Below, one piece after another: positions 40,901-49,325 of a stretch of DNA of 64,000 nt. Each line of letters opens with the position of its first letter. The stretch's first letter is position 1. Source of the DNA: a virus; the IMG/VR virus record IMGVR_UViG_3300027754_003462; one strand, 5' to 3'. Below the pieces are notes generated by a model. It was given only the letters and a program-made list of their open reading frames with translations, did not search any database and had not been told where the DNA came from. Both the position numbers and the translations under genes were made by a program.

Positions 40901-41450
40901 TGGCAGTGGCACTGATCAATCCACTGGTGTTTAGGCTACCTGCTGAAACATTTCCGGCGCTGACATTGGCCACTGTGGTATTACCACTAACACTTAAAGT
41001 TCCTGTAGCACTGATTGCACCACCTGTTAATAAGTTACCGCCAACAACGTTGGAGGTGGCACTTAAATTATTGCCAGTAATATTGCCTGACGCACTTACG
41101 ACACCTGTGATGTATTCACCTGTTGTGGCAAATACTGCCACGTTGCCAGTTCCGCCCACACCCACTGTGACGTTACCACCCGAACTTACTACTGTGACGT
41201 TAGAGGTACCGCTGGATATGTTACTAGGGTTAGTAGTGATGCCAGTTAATAGCGCACCGTTACCTAAGATGTAGTTGCCAGACACGTTGCCAACAGCACT
41301 GATGTATCCGTTTGATACCAGTGTGTTGGCCGTGATAACGTTGGCTGTGGACAGTATGCGTGTCCAGGTGTTGCCGACGTTGGAGAACTGATACGTTATG
41401 TTGTTGACAACAGCAGTTTGCCCGTTTGTCGGCGATACTGGGAAGGCCAT
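34935..41450 (-). CDS. Giant repeat fibre protein (2171 aa)
   Basis: MAFP.SPTNGQ N-terminus and dozens of TGGN(L/V/I)LT(G/A)GLISAT repeats. Confidence 0.8.
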   Translation of the reverse strand: MAFPVSPTNGQTAVVNNITYQFSNVGNTWTRILSTANVITANTLVSNGYISAVGNVSGNYILGNGALLTGITTNPSNISSGTSNVTVVSSGGNVTVGVGGTGNVAVFATTGEYITGVVSASGNITGNNLSATSNVVGGNLLTGGAISATGTLSVSGNTTVANVSAGNVSAGSLNTSGLISATANVTGGNILTGGVISAASTITGTSHLGAVVSVTGNITGGNLLTGGLSISGNIIGNILPAANITYDLGSNTQRWRDLWLSNSTIYLGNSTISANATALVLTNPAGGQTVLTGAGGATQITAAVVSASGNITGGNILTAGLISATGNITAGNLSGTSIAGTLTTASQTNITSVGTLGSLAVTANATGGNFLTGGLISAAGNISGNVFIGNGSQLTGIASSYGNANVVANLAALGSNPVSTTGNITAGNLLFGSGITSGTGNITGGNLLTSGLISATSTITSAANVTGGNLLTGGLISATSTITSAANVTGGNILTGGLISAAGNISGNVFIGNGSQLTGITGTYGNANVVANLAALGSNPVSTTGNVTAGNLFFGAGITSGTGNITGGNLLTGGLISATGNITGGNLSGTSVAGTLTTASQTNITGVGNLTTGTWSANAVGLAYGGTGKTSAPAAMAALMGYTSTVTAAGTTTLDNTSSYYQQFTGATTQTVVLPVTSTLQTGWTFHIVNNSTGSVTVQSSGLNAVITVLAGTTAMCTCIGTALTTAADWESGLTDFSTATGSGSVVLSASPSISGTLSVTALSANSTLIATSTISLVGTSSTTTLLGTNATTGATTIGGATQTGNILIGQSTATQTLNIGTGATSSANTKSINLAANGVANSTSNVTIFSGVAGNSTLTIGANAGNTTVSYTGNTIVAIANTSGSALSVAGNVTGGNLLTAGLVSATGNVTGGNVLTAGIISATGTVTGSSFLGTVVSVTANVTGGNVLTGGLVSATSTITSAANVTGGNLLTGGLVSATGTITGSSHLGAVVSVTANVTGGNLLSAAIVSATANITGGNLLTAGLISATSTITSAANITGGNILTAGQVSAVGAVTGGSLSIGTGNTGDAIIYGNLTVYGNTTTINSNTITTNDLNITVGNNQNTGAALNNAGLDVGNNNLATWRFNNTTTSWQSNIAVTPAANATLAFGGPSNYWGTAYLNAAQIATTASAVGNITGGNLLTGGLISATSTITSAANITGGNVLTAGLISATANVTGGNVLTGGLISATSTITSGANIIGGNVLTGGLVSATGTVTGSSHLGAVVSVSANITGGNLLTGGLISAAANVTGGNLLTGGLISATGNISGNVFIGNGSQLTGIASSYGNANVVANLAALGTNPVSTTGNITAGNLLFGSGVASGTGNITGGNLLTGGLLSATSTITSAANITGGNLLTAGLITATGNVTGGNLLTAGLISATGAIISAGNISLTGNIVNGGELWVNTSANGNINLNVNGTGQTNIPTGILSVTGNIQGGNIRTAGLISATGAVTASSFSGAGTGLTGTASSLTVGSATTATSATTAGTVTTAAQGNITSVGTLTSLAVTGNITAGNLTGATLVSATNLTGTLTTAAQTAITSVGTLGSLAVTANVSGGNLLTAGLISATSTIISAANITGSNLLTGGLISAAGTVTGTSHLGAVVSVTANVTGGNILTAGLISATGNVSGNFFIGNGSQLTGIATGTPTQIVSGTSNVSVVSSGGNVSVGVGGTSNVAVFATTGEYVTGIVSASGNIISAANITGGNLLTGGLVSATSTITSAANITGGNLLTGGLVSAAGTITGTSHQGAVVSVTANITGGNLLTGGLVSATANITGGNLLSGAIVSAVANITGGNILTGGLISATSTITSAANVTGGNVLTGGLVSATGNVTGGNIITSGSGGNISGANVISGTTLSATGNVTGGNILTGGLISAAGTITGTSHLGAVVSVTANVTGGNLLTGGLISATGTITGSSFSGAGTGLTGTASSLTVGSATTATSATTAGTVTTAAQPNITSVGTLTSVTVSGNTTGGNLLTGGLISATGTVTGTSHLGAVVSVTANITGGNILTAGQISATGNITANYYVGNGAFLTGLSAGTADRIANGSTNITIPAASGNIAMSVGGASNTVVINLGSLTMYGSFAGPKTLEANVTVANAVNALLLGPVTIATGYNITVPDASTLYVYAP

Positions 41451-41460
41451 TCTCTATCCT

Positions 41461-42756
41461 TTATTGCATACTTATCACGATTTCGATAGTGCCTTCGCCG
41501 CCGTCAAAGTTCTCCAATGCTTTACCAATCACGGTACCCACAGCAGGATTGGCTTCGGCTCGCGCACGTCCATTTCCAGCAGATACCATCAAATCGCCTT
41601 TGGCGATAGTACCAGTCACCTGAGTTGGCACACGTCCAGCCAGGGCCACAGCAGTCACGTGAGCCCCGTTCAGAGTGGAGTTCATCAAGTGAGCAGGGCT
41701 AGTAGACACTACGCCTGCAACCCGCTTGCTAGAATCATGTGTACTTAGTGTTACTTCTTGCGCACCATCAAAATCCAACACAGTTCCGGGTGTGTAAACA
41801 GCATCGCCCAGGTAATTTTCAGCCAAGTCAGCGTATTGTGCTGTGGTTGCTTTGCCAAATATGGTGTTGAAGTAAAGACTGGTTGAACCAATGTTACCCA
41901 CACCATTGCCGTTCGCGTTGACTATATTACCCACAGTGATTGTACCAGTTGATACTGTCAAGTTGCCACCTGTGATGTTACCAGTTACCGATACCACAGC
42001 GCCCAAATGACTCGAACCAGTCACAGTACCAGTTGAACTGATCAGACCACCTGTCAAGATGTTGCCACCTGTGATGTTGCCACTTGCGCTGTAACTTGCG
42101 GCTTGACTTGAACCACCCAATGATAACAAACCAGCGGTTAATATGTTGCCACCTGTGATGTTGGCGGCTGATGTGATTGTTGATGTAGCACTTATCAAGC
42201 CAGCAGTTAATACGTTACCGCCAGTGACGTTGCCGCTTACACTAGTTACACCAGTGATAAAAGCACCAGTAGTAGCAAACACAGCCACGTTTGCAGTACC
42301 ACCGATTGTGATGTTGGCATTGCCGCTGGCTGACTGAATATCAATCAGCGTGGTTCCATTTTGGATACGATCGCCTAAGATATTACCAGTTAGTGTAGCA
42401 TTACCAGTCACAGTCAAGTCACCGGTGATACTCAAACCAGTGCCGTACCATACACCAACGTTGGCTGTGCCAGCCACTGTGTGTGTGATATTGCCGCCAG
42501 AACCGTTAACTTTGACGTTTGATGTTCCGTTTATGATTTGAGTGGCATCTACACCTGTTAATTGTGATCCGTTGCCTATGAAGTAATTGCCAGTGATATT
42601 ACCTGTTGCACTCACTGTTGTGGCGTTGTTGGTTATAAAACTTCCCAGGGTATTTGCTGTAACTTTGTAAGTTGCACCACTATAGTCTGCAGGAACTACC
42701 GTAGCCCCATCAATAGTATTGGTGTTTGATAATGCTGATATGGTTGTTGTTGCCAT
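41461..42756 (-). CDS. Repeat fibre protein with YADLAE domain (431 aa)
   Basis: Same repeats and C-terminal domain as 33966-34913. Confidence 0.75.
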   Translation of the reverse strand: MATTTISALSNTNTIDGATVVPADYSGATYKVTANTLGSFITNNATTVSATGNITGNYFIGNGSQLTGVDATQIINGTSNVKVNGSGGNITHTVAGTANVGVWYGTGLSITGDLTVTGNATLTGNILGDRIQNGTTLIDIQSASGNANITIGGTANVAVFATTGAFITGVTSVSGNVTGGNVLTAGLISATSTITSAANITGGNILTAGLLSLGGSSQAASYSASGNITGGNILTGGLISSTGTVTGSSHLGAVVSVTGNITGGNLTVSTGTITVGNIVNANGNGVGNIGSTSLYFNTIFGKATTAQYADLAENYLGDAVYTPGTVLDFDGAQEVTLSTHDSSKRVAGVVSTSPAHLMNSTLNGAHVTAVALAGRVPTQVTGTIAKGDLMVSAGNGRARAEANPAVGTVIGKALENFDGGEGTIEIVISMQ

Positions 42757-42767
42757 TATAAATTTCC

Positions 42768-42896
42768 TTAAATTAACACTAACTCTTGGCCGTCAATGGT
42801 TGTAAGATACAATCCACTGATGGTTGTGAGATACACCACAGCACTCATTTCCCAACCCCCGGCTATTTGCCATCCTGATCCGATAGTTAAACTCAT
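42768..42896 (-). CDS. 42-aa protein (absent from the ORF track)
   Basis: MSLTIGSGWQIAGGWEMSAVVYLTTISGLYLTTIDGQELVLI. TAAGGA SD, and the ORF fills the gap between two fibre genes. Confidence 0.7.
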   Translation of the reverse strand: MSLTIGSGWQIAGGWEMSAVVYLTTISGLYLTTIDGQELVLI

Positions 42897-42905
42897 GATA
42901 TTTCC

Positions 42906-45900
42906 TTATATTCTGCCTACTACAATTTCTATTGTGCCTTCTGCACCGTCAAAATCTTCTAGTGCTTTGCCGATTACTGCGCCTGATAAAGGCTCGGCTT
43001 CTGCTCTAGCACGACCATCTCCAGCGGATACCATCATATCGCCTTTGGCAATTGGTCCAATAACTTGAGTTGGCACACGACCTGTTAGAGCCACTGCTAC
43101 CTTGTGTTCACTTTCCAATGTTGCGTTCATCAAGTGAGCAGGGTTGGTACTGACTACGCCAGCAACTCGACGACTTGAATCTGTCGTACTTATTGTGACT
43201 TCTTGAGCACCGCCAAATACCAGCACGGTACCTGGAGCATAATCGGCGTCGGAAGCATATACTTCAGCCAAGTCAGCGTATTGTGCTGTGGTTGCTTTGC
43301 CAAATATGGTGTTGAAGTAAAGACTGGTTGAACCAATGTTACCCACACCATTACCATTGGCATTCACAATGTTGCCCACCGTAACTGTACCAGTTGACAC
43401 TGTCAAGTTGCCACCTGTGATGTTGCCACTTGCGCTGTAACTTGCGGCTTGACTTGAACCACCCAATGATAACAAACCAGCGGTTAATATGTTGCCACCT
43501 GTGATATTGGCTGTGACGGATACCACAGCGCCCAAATGACTCGAACCAGTGATAGTACCGGTTGCTGATACTAAGCCACCTGTCAATACATTACCACCTG
43601 TGATGTTGCCACTTGCGCTGTAACTTGCGGCTTGACTTGAACCACCCAATGATAACAAACCAGCGGTTAATATGTTGCCACCTGTGATGTTGCCACTAGC
43701 ACTGATCAACCCGGTTATATAAACACCTGAGGTAGCAAATACTGCCACGTTTGATGTGCCGGCAATTGTGATGTTGGCATTGCCGTTTAATGTTTGAATA
43801 TCAATCAGTGTTGTACCATTTTGGATACGATCGCCCAGGATGTTACCACTCAGTGTGGCATTGCCTGACACACTCAAGTCACCTGTAATTGCCACAGCGC
43901 CTGAACTGATCACCATCACGTTTGATGTTCCATTCACTGATGTTGTGACGTTACCACCAGAACCGTTTACTGTAACATTTGATGTGCCGTTGTTGATGTT
44001 GCTTACTGAGGTGATAATACCAGTCAGTGTAGCACCGTTGCCATAGTAGTTTGTGGCGTATACATCGCGGAATACCTGGGCCGAACTACCAATATCGTAT
44101 GTGGTATTGGCATTGACCAATAGGCTACCTGAGATTGATACATTGGCTACCACGCCACCTGCAAATGCCGGACTTGATATGTCGACCCAGTAATTAGACG
44201 TTCCATCATTGATATACTCATACAATACATCAGTTGTGGAGTTGTACCACTGCCATCCAGTTGTTGCACTGGCAGGAGGTGTTCCAGATGCTGTGAAGTT
44301 TACAATTGCTATACCGTTGGCATAGTAGTAGTTTGTTGCTGTAACGTTGCCACCACGGATGTTGCCTGTGGCACTTATGATGCCAGCAGTCAACAAGTTG
44401 CCACCTGTGATGTTGGCAGTTGCTGATACCAGGCCACCTGTCAATACATTACCACCTGTGATGTTGGCAGCACTAGTGATAGTCGAGGTTGCACTGATCA
44501 ATCCAGCAGTCAACAAGTTGCCACCTGTGATGTTGGCAGCCGAAGTAATAGTTGATGTTGCTGAGATCAAGCCAGCAGTGAGTACATTACCACCGGTTAT
44601 GTTGGCAGTTGCCGATACTTGACCGGCTGTTGTTACATTGCCGCCAACAACGTTGGCTGCTGATGTTATTGTTGAAGTGGCAGATATCAATCCACCTGTC
44701 AACACATTGCCACCGGTTACGTTGGCAGTTGCCGAAATCAATCCTGCTGTGAGCAAATTGCCACCAGTGATGTTGGCAGCACTGGTTATGGTTGATGTTG
44801 CCGAAATCAATCCAGCAGTTAATACATTACCACCAGTGATGTTGGCAGCTGAAGTGATGGTTGATGTTGCCGAAATCAATCCAGCAGTTAATACATTACC
44901 ACCTGTGATGTTGGCAGCACTGGTTATGGTTGATGTTGCCGAAATCAATCCAGCGGTCAACAGGTTGCCACCTGTGACGTTGCCACTTGCACTTAGTACA
45001 CCTGTGATGTATTCACCTGAGGTGGCAAATACTGCCACATTGCCTGTTCCGCCCACACCCACAGTAATATTGCCACCTGAACTTACTACAGTGACATTTG
45101 ATGTGCCGTTGTTGATGTTGGCTACACTGGTGATCACCCCAGTCAAGAAATAACCATTACCTAAAACATAATTACCAGTAACGTTGCCGGTTGCACTTAG
45201 CACCCCCCCAGTAAAGAAGTTACCGGCAGTGATATTACCACTTCCTGAAATTGATCCACCTGAGCCATTGGTGTTGATATTATTTGCAGTTATGTTGCCT
45301 GTGGCTGATATTTGGCCACCTGTCAACACATTGCCACCAGTTATGTTGCCAGTGGCTGATACTAATCCACCAGTTAATACATTACCACCTGTGACATTGG
45401 CTGTGACGGATACCACAGCGCCCAAATGACTCGAACCAGTGATAGTACCGGTTGCTGATACTAAGCCACCTGTTAAAATGTTACCACCAGTTACGTTGGC
45501 AGTGGCACTTACTAATCCACCAGTTAATACATTACCACCTGTGATGTTGGCTGCTGAAGTGATTGTACTAGTGGCTGAAATCAGGCCACCAGTTAATACA
45601 TTGCCACCTGTGATGTTGGCTGCACTTGTGATTGTACTGGTAGCACTTATCAGGCCACCTGTAAGTATGTTACCACCTGTGATGTTGCCAGCGGCACTTA
45701 CTATTGTTCCGGCATTAATAAATGAACTTACGGCTAGACTTGTACCATTTGCCACACCAATGTTTGGCGTTGTAAGGTTGGCACTTGTTTTGACGCTGAT
45801 GTTACCACCACCGTCGAACGCTGTGGTAACACCATCAACTTTGGCATTGAATACCGATCCAATTAAACTTAAACCAGCACTGGTGTTAGCAGTGTATGAC

Positions 45901-48581
45901 CCTGCGGCAGAGAACTGTGACCAGGTAATTGCTGTGGTGCCCATTGTTCCAGCGGCATCAGCAGTACATACCCAACCTGTGTCAGCATTGGTTGAACCTG
46001 TTTCAACGAATGTAAATGCCCCAGGAACCTCAGCCCAGACGTTCATGTCCACAGCACGTGTCAACACTGTGGCACTGGTGTAGGTGTAGATACCGTTGTT
46101 TGCCGCTGCCACTTCATTTTTAACCAACACACGAGTGCCAACTGTGGCAATGCTTGAACCGTCAATTGTGGTGTATGTGCCGGTTGTGGTCAATGTGGCG
46201 CCCACACCTGCGGTGCCGTTGTTGTATGTTATTGTACCACTGGATGCTGTGGCCAGGGTGCCTGTCGTGGCTGCCAGAACCGATGCCTTGGGATCAAGAC
46301 CTTGAGCCACATTGTCAACGTAGACTTTTGTTGCGGCGTCTTGATCAGCAACTGGATCTGCCAGGTTGTTGATGTATCTATTGCTCATCAACACGTTGCC
46401 CACAGGATTCACTGTGATATCTCCGCTTCCAGTGCTGAGGGTTAGACCAGTAGCGCCAACAACGTTGGCAGTCAATACATTGCCGCCTGTGATATTGCCA
46501 GTTGCTGATATCAAGCCACCTGTTCTAATATTGCCACCGGTTATGTTGGCAGTTGCTGAAATCAATCCACCTGTCAACACATTGCCACCAGTTACATTGG
46601 CAGTTGCCGAAATCAATCCACCTGTTAGTACATTGCCACCAGTGATGTTGGCAGCTGAAGTGATGGTTGATGTTGCCGAAATCAATCCAGCAGTCAATAC
46701 ATTACCACCTGTGATGTTGGCAGCTGAAGTGATGGTTGATGTTGCCGAAATCAATCCAGCAGTTAATACATTGCCACCTGTGATGTTGGCTGTGGCACTA
46801 ACAACACCACCTGTTAGGACATTACCACCAGTTATATTGGCAGATGAAGTGATAGTTGATGTTGCTGAAATCAACCCAGCAGTTAGTACGTTACCACCAG
46901 TTACATTACCACTTGCACTTAGTACACCTGTGATGTATTCACCTGAGGTGGCAAATACTGCCACATTGCCTGTTCCGCCCACACCCACTGTGACATTGCC
47001 ACCTGAACTTACTACAGTGACATTTGATGTGCCGTTGTTGATGTTGGCCACTGATGTGATAACTCCAGTTAATAGCGCACCATTACCTAAGATGTAGTTG
47101 CCGGTTACGTTACCAGTAGTTGAAATATTTCCACCAATCACGTTGGCAGTGGCACTCACTAGTCCACCAGTTAATACGTTACCACCTGTAATGTTTGCCG
47201 CACTTGTGATTGTACTAGTAGCTGAAACTAAACCACCGGTTAGCACATTACCACCAGTTACATTGGCTGTGGCACTGATTAGGCCACCTGTTAGTACATT
47301 ACCACCAGTGATATTGGCGGCACTGGTTATGGTTGATGTGGCCGAGATCAAGCCTGCTGTGAGCAAGTTACCACCTGTGACGTTACCAGTTACCGATGCA
47401 AGTCCACCTGACAGCAAGTTGCCACCTGTGACATTGGCAGTTGCTGATATCAGGCCACCAGTTAGTACATTACCACCTGTGATGTTGGCTGCTGAAGTGA
47501 TTGTACTAGTGGCTGAAATCAGGCCAGCAGTTAATACGTTACCACCTGTGATGTTGGCAGCACTGGTTATGGTTGATGTGGCTGATATTAGGCCAGCAGT
47601 CAACACATTACCACCTGTAATGTTGGCAGTTGCTGATATCAGGCCACCAGTTAGTACATTACCACCTGTGATGTTGGCTGCTGAAGTGATAGTTGATGTT
47701 GCTGATATTAGTCCACCAGTTAATATGTTACCGCCTGTGATGTTGGCAGTTGCACTTACTAAACCGCCAGTTAATACATTACCACTGGCAACGTTGGCGG
47801 TGCCCACACTGACCGCAGTGGCATTAGAAGTGATTGTTTGAGCACCTAGTTTGATGCTAGTTCCAGACAGGTACAAATCCCGCCAGGCTTGTGTGGCACT
47901 GCCCAGGTCATATGTGATGTTGGCACTGGGCAATAAATTACCCAAAACATTACCAACAACGCTCAAATTACCCGCAGTGATAGTGCCAGCGGCTGATACC
48001 ACGCCGCCAGTTAAGACGTTGCCGCCGGTTACATTGGCTGTGACTGATACCACAGCACCCAAGTGACTTGTGCCAGTTATGGTACCTGTGGCACTAATCA
48101 ATCCACCAGTTAAAATGTTGCCGCCGGTTATGTTACCGGCCGCTGAACTTGTTCCGTTCGTGGCCAAATTGCCACCTGTAATTGTACCCGATGCACTCAA
48201 TACGCCTGTGATGTATTCACCTGTTGTGGCAAACACTGCCACGTTGGCAGTTCCACCAACAGTGATAAAAATGTTGGCATTGGCAGTGGCCGCTATGTTT
48301 GAGTTACCTGAGGAGATTGGGAAACCGGCACTGGCAGCCGAGACCCCGGTAAGTTGTGAGCCGTTACCAATAAAGAAATTGCCGGTGCCTACAGTGATGT
48401 TGCCCACAGCCGAAATTGTGGTACCTACTGTGAGTGCTCCATTCACAGCAATTGTGTTGGCTGTGATAACGTTGGCTGTGGATAAAATTCTGGTCCACGA
48501 ATTGGTTGCGCTAGAGTATTGGTAAGATACTTGGTTTACTACCGTTACTTGTCCGTTTGTGGGTGATGCTGGGAAGGCCAT
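42906..48581 (-). CDS. Giant repeat fibre protein (1891 aa) with YADLAE domain
   Basis: MAFPASPTNGQ start, TGGN repeats, DAATKVYVD motif and a RVLVKNE..NGIY fibre domain. Confidence 0.8.
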   Translation of the reverse strand: MAFPASPTNGQVTVVNQVSYQYSSATNSWTRILSTANVITANTIAVNGALTVGTTISAVGNITVGTGNFFIGNGSQLTGVSAASAGFPISSGNSNIAATANANIFITVGGTANVAVFATTGEYITGVLSASGTITGGNLATNGTSSAAGNITGGNILTGGLISATGTITGTSHLGAVVSVTANVTGGNVLTGGVVSAAGTITAGNLSVVGNVLGNLLPSANITYDLGSATQAWRDLYLSGTSIKLGAQTITSNATAVSVGTANVASGNVLTGGLVSATANITGGNILTGGLISATSTITSAANITGGNVLTGGLISATANITGGNVLTAGLISATSTITSAANITGGNVLTAGLISATSTITSAANITGGNVLTGGLISATANVTGGNLLSGGLASVTGNVTGGNLLTAGLISATSTITSAANITGGNVLTGGLISATANVTGGNVLTGGLVSATSTITSAANITGGNVLTGGLVSATANVIGGNISTTGNVTGNYILGNGALLTGVITSVANINNGTSNVTVVSSGGNVTVGVGGTGNVAVFATSGEYITGVLSASGNVTGGNVLTAGLISATSTITSSANITGGNVLTGGVVSATANITGGNVLTAGLISATSTITSAANITGGNVLTAGLISATSTITSAANITGGNVLTGGLISATANVTGGNVLTGGLISATANITGGNIRTGGLISATGNITGGNVLTANVVGATGLTLSTGSGDITVNPVGNVLMSNRYINNLADPVADQDAATKVYVDNVAQGLDPKASVLAATTGTLATASSGTITYNNGTAGVGATLTTTGTYTTIDGSSIATVGTRVLVKNEVAAANNGIYTYTSATVLTRAVDMNVWAEVPGAFTFVETGSTNADTGWVCTADAAGTMGTTAITWSQFSAAGSYTANTSAGLSLIGSVFNAKVDGVTTAFDGGGNISVKTSANLTTPNIGVANGTSLAVSSFINAGTIVSAAGNITGGNILTGGLISATSTITSAANITGGNVLTGGLISATSTITSAANITGGNVLTGGLVSATANVTGGNILTGGLVSATGTITGSSHLGAVVSVTANVTGGNVLTGGLVSATGNITGGNVLTGGQISATGNITANNINTNGSGGSISGSGNITAGNFFTGGVLSATGNVTGNYVLGNGYFLTGVITSVANINNGTSNVTVVSSGGNITVGVGGTGNVAVFATSGEYITGVLSASGNVTGGNLLTAGLISATSTITSAANITGGNVLTAGLISATSTITSAANITGGNVLTAGLISATSTITSAANITGGNLLTAGLISATANVTGGNVLTGGLISATSTITSAANVVGGNVTTAGQVSATANITGGNVLTAGLISATSTITSAANITGGNLLTAGLISATSTITSAANITGGNVLTGGLVSATANITGGNLLTAGIISATGNIRGGNVTATNYYYANGIAIVNFTASGTPPASATTGWQWYNSTTDVLYEYINDGTSNYWVDISSPAFAGGVVANVSISGSLLVNANTTYDIGSSAQVFRDVYATNYYGNGATLTGIITSVSNINNGTSNVTVNGSGGNVTTSVNGTSNVMVISSGAVAITGDLSVSGNATLSGNILGDRIQNGTTLIDIQTLNGNANITIAGTSNVAVFATSGVYITGLISASGNITGGNILTAGLLSLGGSSQAASYSASGNITGGNVLTGGLVSATGTITGSSHLGAVVSVTANITGGNILTAGLLSLGGSSQAASYSASGNITGGNLTVSTGTVTVGNIVNANGNGVGNIGSTSLYFNTIFGKATTAQYADLAEVYASDADYAPGTVLVFGGAQEVTISTTDSSRRVAGVVSTNPAHLMNATLESEHKVAVALTGRVPTQVIGPIAKGDMMVSAGDGRARAEAEPLSGAVIGKALEDFDGAEGTIEIVVGRI

Positions 48582-48656
48582 AATTTCTCCTGTTGGTCTT
48601 TTCTACTGCTACTACTTATACCAAAACAAAATATTTTTGTGACAAGCATTTTACTA

Positions 48657-49325
48657 CTAATTTCCTAGGTTTTCTTGCTCTGCAAGCCATTCTTCACGGG
48701 TCAATTTTCGAGATTGGTCTTGTTTTTGTTGTTCTAACCACTGTTCTCGAGTCATCACTTGCGTATTTATTGTGGCCGATTGCTCTCGCAACCACTCCTC
48801 TGTGGTCATAGTGCGAGTCACTGTGACCAAGTTTGTTGGTGTTGCGCTGTGTACCGTTTTGACTTCGATCTGCGAGGCCAACCACTGTTCTCGAGTCATG
48901 GGTGTGTTTGATTGTTGCTGTTGTGCCAACCACTCATCAGCGGTCATTTTTGTTTGTTCTGCCAACCATGCTTCAACTGATATTGTGGGTGTTGTTGTTT
49001 GCTCCGCGGTCTGTTCATGGTCTGGCGAATAACGTGGATATTTTGTTTTTACTGCACGTATTCTAGCAGCCATTTCTGCGGGAAACACCCCAGCATGGTA
49101 CAAGGCATCCAGTTGTTCTTGTATAGTTGGGTACTCTCTAGCACGATTTCTTTGATATTCCGCCCAGTCATAGGCCTGTTGCAAACGCTGTTGTTCTTGA
49201 TATATTTGTTCCGCAGTGACTGGAGCAGTCGCAGGCCGGTGCCAGGTTATGGTCTGATCATACATGCTCACGCTGACTTCTGCGTCAGGTACCAAACTTT
49301 GAATAGCATGAAATACGGTTATCAT
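48657..49325 (-). CDS. Fibre-associated (assembly chaperone-like) protein with six T-x-E-x-W-L type repeats
   Basis: YQRNRAREYP.I.EQLDALYH..VK.KYP N-terminal domain and a repeat tail. ATGA overlap with the upstream fibre gene. Confidence 0.6.
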   Translation of the reverse strand: MITVFHAIQSLVPDAEVSVSMYDQTITWHRPATAPVTAEQIYQEQQRLQQAYDWAEYQRNRAREYPTIQEQLDALYHAGVFPAEMAARIRAVKTKYPRYSPDHEQTAEQTTTPTISVEAWLAEQTKMTADEWLAQQQQSNTPMTREQWLASQIEVKTVHSATPTNLVTVTRTMTTEEWLREQSATINTQVMTREQWLEQQKQDQSRKLTREEWLAEQENLGN

